Assembly: GCF_000023205.1 (NCBI RefSeq)
Contig: NC_012803.1
Location: 1,320,001 to 1,352,000 of the forward strand
Length of the DNA stretch: 32,000 nt
Direction of reading: 5' to 3'
DNA from: Micrococcus luteus NCTC 2665
GTDB taxonomy: Bacteria > Actinomycetota > Actinomycetes > Actinomycetales > Micrococcaceae
The notes under the pieces are model-generated. The model searched no databases and had not been told where the DNA came from. It saw nothing but the letters and a program-made list of their open reading frames with translations. Both the position numbers and the translations under genes were made by a program. Every line of letters starts with the position of its first letter. The stretch's first letter is position 1. Positions 1-10,859 of the stretch are shown here, piece by piece.

Positions 1-908
1 CCTCCACCGCGGGGGGTCTGGAGATCGCGCTCCATCGTCCCGGCGCCGTCAGGGTTGTTGTTGGGATTGCGGCTGTACTCGTCGCCCACCTGACCCGGCT
101 CCATCTCCTCGAGGCGCTGGACGAACTCCGCCTCGTCGACGACCTCCACGTTGAAGAGCATCTCGGAGTGGGACTCGCCGCACAGCTCGGCGCACTTGCC
201 GTCGTAGCTGCCCAGCTCCTGGGGGGTCAGGTACAGGTGGTTGGTCTTGCCGGGCACCATGTCACGCTTCTGGAGGAACTGCGGGATCCAGAAGGAGTGG
301 GCCACGTCACGGGACTTCAGCTCGAAGTGCACCGGCACGTCATTCGGCAGGTACAGGACCGGAAGGGTGTCACGCACGCCCTCGGTGCCGTCCAGCTGGG
401 CCTGGATTCCGGAGTAGTGGGCCTCGATGACCTCGCCGTTCTCCTGCTCGTAGGAGTAGTTGAAGTCCCAGGACCACTGCTTGCCGTACACGGTGACGGT
501 CAGCGGCGAGTCGTCCACGGGGCGGTCGACCTCGGTCTGGACGCGGTTGGTGAAGCCCCAGAAGGTGACGACCATCAGGATCGGGATGGCCGTGAACATG
601 GTCTCGAGCGGCACGTTGTAGGCCGTCTGCTTCGGGAAGCCCTGGTCGTTCTTGCGGCGGCGGTACGCCACCATGCACCAGATCATGGCGCCCCAGGCCA
701 GCAGGCCGACGACCATGGCCGCGATCCAGGAGTTCACCCACAGGTCGGTGAGCTGGGCGTTGTGGTTGGTGGTGTCCCGGGTGCCGGGGTACCAGCCGCG
801 CTGGACCTCTGCCGAACACCCGGTCAGCACCAGGAGCGCCGTGGTGCCCACGGCACCGGCGGTCCAGCGGCGGCGAGTCCGACGTCCGGCGTCATTCTGT
901 GCTCTCAC
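1..908 (-). CDS. ctaC: cytochrome c oxidase (aa3-type) subunit II; the 3' end runs off the window
   Basis: Absent from the ORF track because it leaves the window. My minus-strand translation from GTG at 906-908 gives VRAQNDAGRRTRRRWTAGAVGTTALLVLTGCSAE (lipobox-like LTGC), then HSFWIPQFLQKRDMVPG, then CAELCGESHSEM (CuA C-x3-C-x3-H-x2-M). A GGAAGG SD lies 6 nt upstream of the GTG. Confidence 0.9.
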   Translation of the reverse strand, partial: MRAQNDAGRRTRRRWTAGAVGTTALLVLTGCSAEVQRGWYPGTRDTTNHNAQLTDLWVNSWIAAMVVGLLAWGAMIWCMVAYRRRKNDQGFPKQTAYNVPLETMFTAIPILMVVTFWGFTNRVQTEVDRPVDDSPLTVTVYGKQWSWDFNYSYEQENGEVIEAHYSGIQAQLDGTEGVRDTLPVLYLPNDVPVHFELKSRDVAHSFWIPQFLQKRDMVPGKTNHLYLTPQELGSYDGKCAELCGESHSEMLFNVEVVDEAEFVQRLEEMEPGQVGDEYSRNPNNNPDGAGTMERDLQTPRGG

Positions 909-1023
909 AGACGGCCTTCCTCTTCATCTCGTGTGCGAGGGGCGTGCCCGCTCCCCCGGCGATTCGGCGACTTCTCGCAGCGTCCTCGCAGGGAGCACGG
1001 GTATGCCCTGATGATTCAGAGCC

Positions 1024-1029
1024 AGTCTA
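1024..1029 (-). promoter_or_regulatory. candidate -10 hexamer (TAGACT) for ctaC
   Basis: Minus-strand TAGACT fits the actinobacterial TANNNT/TAGRRT -10 and lies about 110 nt upstream of the ctaC GTG. No recognisable -35. This is a sequence match only. Confidence 0.3.
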
Positions 1030-1124
1030 AGCCGAAACGAGCGGATTCTCCGCACCGTGACACGGGCGGATCGTGTCTGGGAGCCGGGTCCGAGCATCCT
1101 GGGCGCGGTGCCCGAGCACGACGA

Positions 1125-1152
1125 CGGCGGGCCGGCCGAGGCCGACCCGCCG
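1125..1152 (-). terminator. GC-rich nested hairpin downstream of the erpA-like gene
   Basis: The minus strand reads CGGCGGGTCGGCC-TC-GGCCGGCCCGCCG (outer 7-bp and inner 5-bp stems). It lies about 35 nt after the stop and is followed by TCGTCGTGCTC, with no clean U-tract. Confidence 0.4.
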
Positions 1153-1186
1153 GTTCGCGGTCCGAGGCGCTCCGGGCGCCCGCAGA

Positions 1187-1579
1187 TCAGTGGAAGGAGT
1201 CGCCGCAGGCGCACGAGCCGCCTGCGTTGGGGTTGTCGATCGTGAAGCCCTGCTTCGAGATGGTGTCCTCGAAGTCGATGGTCGCGCCCATGAGGTAGGG
1301 CACGCTCATCTTGTCGACGATCACCTCGACCCCGTCGTAGTCACGGACGGTGTCGCCGTCGAGGACGCGCTCGTCGAAGTAGAGCTGGTAGATCAGGCCC
1401 GAGCAGCCGCCCGGCTGCACGGCGACGCGCAGCCGCAGGTCCGTGCGGCCCTCCTGCTCGAGCAGCGAGCGCACCTTGCCGGCCGCCACGTCGGTCAGCT
1501 CGACCTCGTGCGGGGGCAGGCCTTCGGCGTCCTGGGTCGCGCCGATCTCGACGCCGGTCTCCTCTGCGGACAGAGCCAT
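1187..1579 (-). CDS. erpA: HesB/IscA-family iron-sulfur cluster insertion protein (ErpA/SufA-like)
   Basis: 130 aa. It has an A-type carrier pattern with GGCSG and a C-terminal GGSCACGDSFH (three ligand cysteines). A GAGGAGG SD lies 5 nt upstream of the ATG. Confidence 0.9.
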   Translation of the reverse strand: MALSAEETGVEIGATQDAEGLPPHEVELTDVAAGKVRSLLEQEGRTDLRLRVAVQPGGCSGLIYQLYFDERVLDGDTVRDYDGVEVIVDKMSVPYLMGATIDFEDTISKQGFTIDNPNAGGSCACGDSFH

Positions 1580-1633
1580 CGTGACCTCCTCAGATCATGG
1601 GGCGCGGACGGGGCTGTCACGCGCGTGTGGTCT

Positions 1634-3100
1634 TCAGGACAACACTAGCCGCCCACGGGGCATTCCCGGCCCGCCGCACCGGCGGCGGGCCGGGCACTCA
1701 CGGGAGAGCCGCGCGAGCCAGAGCGCCTCGGCCACGACGGCCCGCTTGAAGTCGTCGATGTGCAGCGACTCGTTCGCCGAGTGCGCCCGCGTGTCCGGGT
1801 CCTCCACGCCCGTGATGAGGAGGGTGGCCTCCGGGAAGACCTCGGCGAGGTCCGCGGTGAACGGGATGGAGCCGCCCATGCCGATCGCCCGGGGCTCGAC
1901 GCCCCAGGCGTCCTCCAGGGCGGCCATCATCGCGGCCGCGGCAGGGGCCGAGGTGTCCGTCGTGAACGGCTGACCGAATTCCCCCGCGGTGACCGTGATC
2001 TCCGCGCCGAGCACCGCCGCGGACTGCGCCTCCAGGTGGGTGCGCAGCGCCTCGAAGGCCTCCGCGGGGTCCATGCCGGGGCCCAGGCGCAGCGAGAACT
2101 TGGCGCGCGCCGCGGGCTGGATCGTGTTCGAGGACTCCGCGACGGAGGGTGCGTCGATCCCGATGATGCTCAGCGCGGGAGCGTTCCACAGCCGGTCCGC
2201 GACCGGACCGCGGCCGGCCAGGGTCACTCCGTCCAGCACGCCCGCGTCCGCACGGAAGACGTCCTCGGGGTAGTCCAGGCCCGCCGTCTGCCGCGGCTCG
2301 AGGCCGGGCACGGCGACCGCGCCGTCCGCGTCGTGGAGCGTGGCGATCAGCCGTGAGAGCAGGACGACGGCGTCCAGGACCGGCCCGCCGAACATGCCGG
2401 AGTGCACGGCGTGGTCGAGCACCCGGACGGTCACCGTGCCGTCCACCAACCCGCGCAGGGACGTGGTCAGCGCCGGCTCCCCCACGGCCCAGTTGGACGA
2501 GTCCGCGACGACGATCGCGTCGGCGTCGAGGCGCGCCCGGTGCCTCTCCAGGAAGGTGCGGAAGGTGGGCGAGCCGGCCTCCTCCTCGCCCTCGATGAAG
2601 ACGCGGACGCCGACGCCGGCGTCGGGCAGGACGTCCCGCAGGGCGGCGAGGGCGGCGAGGTGGACCATGATGCCGGCCTTGTCGTCGGCGGCGCCGCGGC
2701 CGTAGAGCCGCCCGCCGCGCTCGGTGGCCACGAGCGGCGGGGTGTCCCAGAGGTCCTCGTCCCCGATCGGCTGCACGTCATGGTGGGCATACAACAAGAC
2801 AGTGGGCTTGTCTGAGGCGCCGGGCTTCTCACCGATCACCGCCGGCCCGCCGGGCCGGCCGTCGTCGCGGGTCTCGGTCACGATCTCCACATGCTGCAGG
2901 CCCGCCTCGCGCAGCAGGCCCGCGACGGCCTCGGCGGACCGCTCGAGCTGGGTGCGGTCCGCTGAGTCCCAGGCGATGCCCGGGATCGCCACGAGGTCGG
3001 TGAGGGTCTGGAGGGTCGTCGGGAAGCGGGCCTCGACGGCCTCACGGACGGCGGAGACGAGGGGCGCGTCCTGCGGCGCACGGGAGGTGATGTCAGTCAT
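1634..3100 (-). CDS. M20-family metallopeptidase (dipeptidase-like)
   Basis: 488 aa with the M20 signatures LLYAHHDVQP and GRGAADDKAG plus a mid-protein dimerisation-domain-like insert. The ATG has no SD, and a TACGCT -10 sits 7 nt upstream. Confidence 0.88.
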   Translation of the reverse strand: MTDITSRAPQDAPLVSAVREAVEARFPTTLQTLTDLVAIPGIAWDSADRTQLERSAEAVAGLLREAGLQHVEIVTETRDDGRPGGPAVIGEKPGASDKPTVLLYAHHDVQPIGDEDLWDTPPLVATERGGRLYGRGAADDKAGIMVHLAALAALRDVLPDAGVGVRVFIEGEEEAGSPTFRTFLERHRARLDADAIVVADSSNWAVGEPALTTSLRGLVDGTVTVRVLDHAVHSGMFGGPVLDAVVLLSRLIATLHDADGAVAVPGLEPRQTAGLDYPEDVFRADAGVLDGVTLAGRGPVADRLWNAPALSIIGIDAPSVAESSNTIQPAARAKFSLRLGPGMDPAEAFEALRTHLEAQSAAVLGAEITVTAGEFGQPFTTDTSAPAAAAMMAALEDAWGVEPRAIGMGGSIPFTADLAEVFPEATLLITGVEDPDTRAHSANESLHIDDFKRAVVAEALWLARLSRECPARRRCGGPGMPRGRLVLS

Positions 3101-3107
3101 GACGGCC

Positions 3108-3113
3108 AGCGTA
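3108..3113 (-). promoter_or_regulatory. -10 hexamer TACGCT placed for a leaderless M20 peptidase mRNA
   Basis: The minus strand reads TACGCT, then 7 nt (GGCCGTC), then ATG at 3100. There is no purine-rich SD. Confidence 0.45.
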
Positions 3114-3168
3114 GACGGCGGCCGGGCCGCGGGCCGCGCCTGAGGGCGGGCGGGACGCGCCCCACCAC

Positions 3169-3174
3169 TAGACT
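3169..3174 (+). promoter_or_regulatory. -10 hexamer TAGACT placed for a leaderless DUF3043-like mRNA
   Basis: The plus strand reads CTAGACT, then GGTCGG (6 nt), then GTG at 3181, with no SD. The module CTAGAsTGGTCGGrTG recurs at 5041-5056. Confidence 0.45.
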
Positions 3175-3180
3175 GGTCGG

Positions 3181-3804
3181 GTGTTCAAGCGAGACAAGAC
3201 CCCCGAGACCGCGCCCACCCCCTCGACTCACGGCTCCTCCGCCGCGCCGGCCGAGGGCGCCGCCGTGGCCGAGGCCGGGCCGCGCGATCGCTCGCAGGGC
3301 AAGAAGGGTCCGACTCCGCGGCGCCGCGACCAGGAGGCCGCGCGCCGGCGCACCCTGGTCCCCGAAGATCGCAAGGCGGCCCGCAAGGCCGAGCGTCAGG
3401 CGATGGCCCAGGAGCGGATGCGCCAGCGCGCCGCGCTGGAGACCGGGGACGAGCGCGGTCTCCCGGCGCGCGACAAGGGACCGCAGAAGCGCTGGGTCCG
3501 TGACTACGTGGACGCACGCACCGGCATCGGCGAGTGGCTCATGCCCGTCGTCTTCGCCTACGTCCTGCTCATGTTCATCCCCGGCCGCGAGGCGCAGCTG
3601 ATCCTGATGATCAGCCTGTACGTCCTCGTGGCCCTCGTGCTCATCGAGAGCTTCCTGGTCAGTCGGCACATCAAGAAGGGCCTCACGGAGCGCTTCGGCA
3701 CGCCGGAGCCCGGGACCGGCTTCTACGGCATCATGCGCGCGCTGCAGTTCCGCCGCCTGCGTCTGCCCAAGCCCCAGGTCAAGCGGGGCGAGTACCCCGC
3801 CTGA
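3181..3804 (+). CDS. conserved actinobacterial membrane protein (DUF3043-like)
   Basis: 207 aa. The N-terminal half is Lys/Arg-rich (GKKGPTPRRRDQEAARRR). Two hydrophobic helices follow (WLMPVVFAYVLLMFIP and LILMISLYVLVALVLIESFLV). The family name is from memory of similar proteins, not from a search. Confidence 0.8.
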   Translation: MFKRDKTPETAPTPSTHGSSAAPAEGAAVAEAGPRDRSQGKKGPTPRRRDQEAARRRTLVPEDRKAARKAERQAMAQERMRQRAALETGDERGLPARDKGPQKRWVRDYVDARTGIGEWLMPVVFAYVLLMFIPGREAQLILMISLYVLVALVLIESFLVSRHIKKGLTERFGTPEPGTGFYGIMRALQFRRLRLPKPQVKRGEYPA

Positions 3805-3814
3805 CACGGCGCCG

Positions 3815-3852
3815 CGCGACGGCCCGGACCCCGGTGGGTCCGGGCCGTCGCG
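3815..3852. terminator. perfect 17-bp-stem hairpin between the convergent DUF3043-like gene and pyrD (bidirectional terminator candidate)
   Basis: CGCGACGGCCCGGACCC-CGGT-GGGTCCGGGCCGTCGCG. The arms are exact reverse complements. The hairpin sits in the 66-bp gap between two convergent stops. Confidence 0.7.
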
Positions 3853-3870
3853 TCCCAGGCGGGCAGACCG

Positions 3871-4998
3871 TCAGCCCCGCAGGGATCGGGCCAGCCCGGC
3901 GGTGATCCGTCCGGCCCAGAACGGCCCCTCGTAGAGGAACGCGGTGTAACCCTGGACGAGGTCCGCGCCCGCGTCGAGCCGGGCCTGGACGTCGGCGGCA
4001 TCCGTCACCCCGCCCACGCTGACGACGGCGGCGCCCGCGGGCAGCGCGGCGCGCAGGACCGCCAGCACGCGCATCGACCGCTCCTGCAGCGGGGCCCCGG
4101 ACAGGCCGCCCGCGCCCAGGGCGTCCACGTCGGCACGCGGGGTGCGCAGACCCTCCCGGGAGACGGTCGTGTTGGTCGCGATGACGCCGTCGAGCCCGAG
4201 GCGCTCGGCGAGCGCCCCGACGGCACGCACGTCGACGTCCGCCAGGTCCGGGGCGATCTTCACGGTCAGTGGCACCCGCCGGCCCGGGACCGCACGGTCG
4301 GCCTCCTCGCGCACCGCCGTGAGGATCGGCTCCAGCGCGTCGATCTCCTGCAGCTGGCGCAGCCCCGGCGTGTTCGGGGAGGACACGTTGACCGTCAGGT
4401 AGTCGGCGTGGGGCGCGAGCAGGCGGGTGGAAGCCCGGTAGTCGTCCGCCGCGTCCTCGAGCGGGACCACCTTGGTCTTGCCGATGTTGACGCCCAGGAC
4501 CGGCCGGGTCGGACCGAAGCGGCGCTCCAGGGTCTGCCGGGTCCGCGCCAGGCGGGGGGCGACGGCCGCCGCGCCGTCGTTGTTGAAGCCCATGCGGTTG
4601 ACCAGCGCCCGGTCGTCCACGAGACGGAACAGTCGGGGCTGCGGGTTGCCGGGCTGCGGCTGCGCCGTGATCGTGCCGACCTCGATGTGGCCGAACCCGA
4701 GGTCGGCCAGGGCGGCGGTCCCCCGGCCGTCCTTGTCGAACCCCGCGGCCAGGCCGAAGGGCGTCGGGAACCGCAGGCCCATGACCGTGCGCCCGAGCAT
4801 CGGGTCCGGGCGGAAGGCGGCGCGCAGGGCGGCGGACGCCCCTGTGCGCTCGGCCAGCCGGATCGCGTCGAAGCCCCGATGGTGCGCCTGCTCCGCGTCC
4901 ATGCCGCCGAACACGGCACGGAAGAAGGGCGGGTACAGGCGAGGCGCACGGGAGGTCAGGAGGCCGCCGACGGCGGACGTGGGATCAGGCAGCTGCAT
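3871..4998 (-). CDS. pyrD: dihydroorotate dehydrogenase (quinone), class 2
   Basis: 375 aa with motifs GLAAGFDKDG, NRMGFNNDG, NVSSPNTPGLRQLQ, KIAPDL, ATNTT and GGLSGAPL. A GAGGA SD lies 7 nt upstream of the ATG. Confidence 0.95.
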   Translation of the reverse strand: MQLPDPTSAVGGLLTSRAPRLYPPFFRAVFGGMDAEQAHHRGFDAIRLAERTGASAALRAAFRPDPMLGRTVMGLRFPTPFGLAAGFDKDGRGTAALADLGFGHIEVGTITAQPQPGNPQPRLFRLVDDRALVNRMGFNNDGAAAVAPRLARTRQTLERRFGPTRPVLGVNIGKTKVVPLEDAADDYRASTRLLAPHADYLTVNVSSPNTPGLRQLQEIDALEPILTAVREEADRAVPGRRVPLTVKIAPDLADVDVRAVGALAERLGLDGVIATNTTVSREGLRTPRADVDALGAGGLSGAPLQERSMRVLAVLRAALPAGAAVVSVGGVTDAADVQARLDAGADLVQGYTAFLYEGPFWAGRITAGLARSLRG

Positions 4999-5041
4999 GC
5001 CCCCATCCTCGCACGGGCCTCCCGCCCGCCCGGGGTCCTCC

Positions 5042-5047
5042 TAGAGT
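5042..5047 (+). promoter_or_regulatory. -10 hexamer TAGAGT placed for a leaderless hydrolase mRNA
   Basis: The plus strand reads CTAGAGT, then GGTCGG (6 nt), then ATG at 5054, with no SD. Confidence 0.45.
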
Positions 5048-5053
5048 GGTCGG

Positions 5054-6163
5054 ATGGCCCGTGACCCGATCCAGCCGCCGCCCCCGGACCCATCCGCCCC
5101 GCACGGTGCACCCGCCGGCGGACCGACGGAGGAGGACACCCGCCCGTTCCTCGACGATCCACCGGGCCTGGGCTGGGTCCCGGACGGACTGCCGGGCTTC
5201 GAACGAAGCACCCTCGGCCTCGACACTGATGAACAAGGCCAGAACCTTGTCACAGTGGTGCGGCCGCGCGCCGACGTCGCCCGTGACCCGGCCCGGCGGC
5301 CCATCCTCTCGGTGCACGGCTGGAGCGACTACTTCTACAACGCCCCGCTCGCCCACGCGTTCGAGGCCGCCGGCTACGCCTTCCACGCCGTCGACCTCCG
5401 CCACTACGGCCGCTCGCTGCGCGCGGGGCAGACACCCGGCTGGACGGACGACCTGGCCCGCTACGACGCGGACCTCGAGGCCGCGTTCGAGACCATCGCC
5501 CGGGACCACCCACTGCCGCCCATCCTCATGGGCCACTCCACCGGCGGGCTGATCGCCGCGCTGTGGGCGGACCGGAATCCCGGCCGCCTCGCCGCGCTCG
5601 TGCTCAACAGCCCGTGGCTGGAGATGCAGGGCAACACGGGCGTGCGCCTTCTGGCGAAGTCCATCGTGGGGCCCGTCTCCGCGATGAAGCCCTACGCCAT
5701 GCTCACGCTGCCGCGCATCGACCACTACTGGCGCACCCTCTCGGACCAGGCCGAGGGCGAATGGGACCTGCACCCGCTCTGGCGTCCCCCGCACGCCTTC
5801 GAGGTGCCGGCCGCCTGGCTGAGCGCGGTCCTCTCGGGGCACCGGGCCGTGGCCGGGCGGCTCGACGTCTCCGTGCCGATCCTCGTGCTCGTCTCCGCGC
5901 GCGGGCATCGGGGCACGTCCTACGGCGAGGCGATGCTGACCTCGGACATCGTCCTGGACCCCGATGCCATGGCCCGCCGCTCCCTGCGGCTCGGCGACCG
6001 GGTGACCGTCCACCGGCTCCCCGACGCGCTGCACGACGTGTTCGCCTCCCCCGCGTCGGTGCGCGAGGCGGCCGGCGCCGCGACGCTCACGTGGCTGAGA
6101 GCCTACGCGCCGCCGTCGGCCACCGAGGCCGAGTCCGGTGCGCCGGACGACGGCGCCGGCTGA
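5054..6163 (+). CDS. alpha/beta-fold hydrolase (lysophospholipase / monoacylglycerol-lipase-like)
   Basis: 369 aa with a GHSTGG nucleophile elbow (G-x-S-x-G) and an HGWSDY segment upstream. The N-terminus is Pro-rich. Substrate cannot be inferred. Confidence 0.85.
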   Translation: MARDPIQPPPPDPSAPHGAPAGGPTEEDTRPFLDDPPGLGWVPDGLPGFERSTLGLDTDEQGQNLVTVVRPRADVARDPARRPILSVHGWSDYFYNAPLAHAFEAAGYAFHAVDLRHYGRSLRAGQTPGWTDDLARYDADLEAAFETIARDHPLPPILMGHSTGGLIAALWADRNPGRLAALVLNSPWLEMQGNTGVRLLAKSIVGPVSAMKPYAMLTLPRIDHYWRTLSDQAEGEWDLHPLWRPPHAFEVPAAWLSAVLSGHRAVAGRLDVSVPILVLVSARGHRGTSYGEAMLTSDIVLDPDAMARRSLRLGDRVTVHRLPDALHDVFASPASVREAAGAATLTWLRAYAPPSATEAESGAPDDGAG

Positions 6164-6962
6164 GGGGTGTCCACGGCGCCGCCGTAGCGGCGGTCCCGGC
6201 GGGCGTAGGTCTCGACGGCGGCCCACAGGGTCCGCCGGTCGACGTCCGGCCACAGCACGTCCAGGAACAGCAGCTCCGCGTAGGCGGACTGCCACAGCAG
6301 ATAGTTGGACAGGCGCTGCTCCCCCGAGGTCCGCAGGAACAGGTCCACGTCCGGGACGACGTCGACGTCCTGACCCGTGCGGAAACCGCGGTCGAGGTAG
6401 CGGGTGATGACGTCCTCGCTGATCTCGCCCGGCCGCATCCGGCCGGCCCGGACCTCTTCGGCGATGGCCTGGACGCCATCCAGGATCTCGGCCCGGCTGC
6501 CGTAGTTCACGCACATGTGCAGCGTGGTGCCGGTGTTGTGGCGCGTGAGCTCCTCGGCCTCCTGCAGCTCCCGGATCACGGGGGTCCAGAGGCGCGGGGC
6601 CCGACCGTTCCACCGGATCCGCACGTTCCACGAGTGCAGGGTGTCCCGTTGCCGGCGCAGCACGTCCCGGGAGAAGCCCATGAGGAAACGCACCTCCTCC
6701 GCCGAGCGCCGCCAGTTCTCCGTGGAGAACGCATACGCGGACACGTGGCCGATCCCCAGCTCCACCGCCCCGGCGACGACGTCCAGCAGCGCCGCCTCGC
6801 CGGCCCGATGGCCCTCGGTGCGGGGCAGGCCGCGCTGGTTGGCCCACCGGCCGTTGCCGTCCATCACGATCGCCACGTGCCGGGGCACGAAACGCGGATC
6901 GATCCGCGGGGCGACCGCACCCGAGGGGTGTGGCGGCGGGGGCTGCGGGGCACGGTCGTCGC

Positions 6963-6966
<4 letters not shown>
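6103..6966 (-). CDS. uppS: isoprenyl transferase (undecaprenyl/decaprenyl diphosphate synthase family)
   Basis: The track ORF 6103..7266 is trimmed to ATG 6964-6966 ([10 protein letters not shown]...), which has GAGAGGAG just upstream. cis-IPPS motifs are [20 protein letters not shown] and [15 protein letters not shown]. The ATG overlaps the recO stop (ATGA). Confidence 0.92.
6133..6148. terminator. small hairpin inside the 61-bp convergent overlap of the hydrolase and uppS
   Basis: GTCCGG-TGCG-CCGGAC (6-bp stem, 4-nt loop). It encodes S-G-A-P-D in both genes. Terminator function is a guess. Confidence 0.3.
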
Positions 6967-9641
<2,675 letters not shown>

Positions 9642-9740
9642 TCAGGCGGCGTGGATCGCGGCCTGGCACGGGTACCCCGTGCGGCCGGGAAGTAGCAGGC
9701 GGGCCGTGGCCGGCGCTGTCGTCGCGACGCGGAGGGACAT
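9642..9740 (-). CDS. leuA leader peptide candidate (32 aa, MSLRVATTAPATARLLLPGRTGYPCQAAIHAA)
   Basis: ATG at 9738-9740 and TGA at 9642-9644. Three consecutive Leu codons, CTG CTA CTT, occupy 9698..9690. CTA and CTT look nearly unused in the surrounding genes. It lies directly upstream of leuA, and an extended -10 sits 7 nt upstream of the ATG. Confidence 0.6.
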   Translation of the reverse strand: MSLRVATTAPATARLLLPGRTGYPCQAAIHAA

Positions 9741-9747
9741 GCCCCCG

Positions 9748-9753
9748 ACCCTA
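9748..9753 (-). promoter_or_regulatory. -10 hexamer TAGGGT (extended TGcTAGGGT) placed for a leaderless leuA leader transcript
   Basis: The minus strand reads GTGCTAGGGT, then CGGGGGC (7 nt), then ATG at 9740. Confidence 0.5.
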
Positions 9754-9850
9754 GCACCGAGGTGGGCCGGGCCACAGGGGGCCGCCCCGTGTGACGCACG
9801 ACGACGGCGGCCCGCTCCGGCGCGTGCGCGCCCGGGCCGAGGTCTCGGGC

Positions 9851-10816
9851 TCAGAAGCCGAGTCGGCCGAGCTGCTTGGGGTCGCGCTGCCACTCCTTGG
9901 CGACCTTGACCCGCAGGTCCAGGTGCACCTTGGTGCCGAGCATGCGCTCGATGCCCGCCCGCGCCTGCGCGCCGATCTCGCGCAGCCGGGAGCCGCCCTT
10001 GCCGATGATGATGCCCTTCTGGCTGTCCCGCTCGACGAAGACGTTCGCCCACACGTCCATCAGGGGCCGGTCCGCGGGGCGGTCCTCGCGCAGGGACATC
10101 TCGTCGACCACCACGGCCACCGAGTGCGGCAGCTCGTCGCGCACGCCCTCCAGGGCCGCCTCCCGGATGAGCTCGGCGACCATGACCGCCTCCGGCTCGT
10201 CCGTGAGCTCACCGTCGGGGTACAGGGGCGGCCCGGCCGGCAGCAGGCCCGCGAAGACGCCCAGGACGTCGTCGACCTGGCGGCCGGCCACCGCCGAGAC
10301 CGGCACGACGGCCGCGAAGCCCTCCCCGCCGTTCTCCGGCCCGAGGACCTCCTCGCCCAGGGCGGTCACGGCAACGAGCTGGGCCATGAGCTGCTCCGGG
10401 CCCACCTTGTCCGTCTTGGTGACCACGGCGACCACGGGGGTGCGGTGCAGGTACGAGAGCTGCTGGGCGATGAACCGGTCGCCCGGGCCGATCGCCTCGT
10501 CGGCCGGCAGGCACATGCCCACGGCGTCGACCTCGCTGAGGGTCTCCGCCACGAGGTCGTTGAGGCGCTCGCCGAGCAGGGTGCGGGGCCGGTGCAGGCC
10601 CGGGGTGTCCACGAGCACGAGCTGGAAGTCCTCGCGGTGGACGATCCCGCGGATGGTGTGGCGCGTGGTCTGCGGCTTGGAGGAGGTGATCGCCACCTTC
10701 TCCCCCACCAGCGCGTTGGTGAGCGTGGACTTGCCGGCGTTCGGCCGGCCCACGAGCGAGACGAAGCCGGAACGGAAGCCGTCCGCGGCGCGGGCCGGAT
10801 CGACGAGATCGGTCAT
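9851..10816 (-). CDS. era: GTPase Era
   Basis: The track ORF 9851..10903 is trimmed to ATG 10814-10816 (MTDLVDPARA...), which has an AAGGATGA SD upstream. Motifs are GRPNAGKSTL (G1), DTPG (G3), TKTD (G4) and a KH-like C-terminus. Confidence 0.93.
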   Translation of the reverse strand: MTDLVDPARAADGFRSGFVSLVGRPNAGKSTLTNALVGEKVAITSSKPQTTRHTIRGIVHREDFQLVLVDTPGLHRPRTLLGERLNDLVAETLSEVDAVGMCLPADEAIGPGDRFIAQQLSYLHRTPVVAVVTKTDKVGPEQLMAQLVAVTALGEEVLGPENGGEGFAAVVPVSAVAGRQVDDVLGVFAGLLPAGPPLYPDGELTDEPEAVMVAELIREAALEGVRDELPHSVAVVVDEMSLREDRPADRPLMDVWANVFVERDSQKGIIIGKGGSRLREIGAQARAGIERMLGTKVHLDLRVKVAKEWQRDPKQLGRLGF

Positions 10817-10859
10817 GGGGTCATCCTTGTCAGGCGGGGCGTGGGGTGGGGCGGCCAGT

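Noticed and set aside
1050-1069. The imperfect palindrome CCGCACCGTGACACGGGCGG upstream of ctaC
   Set aside because: It has a bulged arm and essentially no loop. It matches no operator consensus I know. That is too weak to call a binding site from a single sequence.
168-1298. A 376-aa plus-strand ORF at the window start
   Set aside because: It is antisense to ctaC, whose CuA site and lipobox are unambiguous on the minus strand. It also crosses the ctaC-erpA intergenic region.
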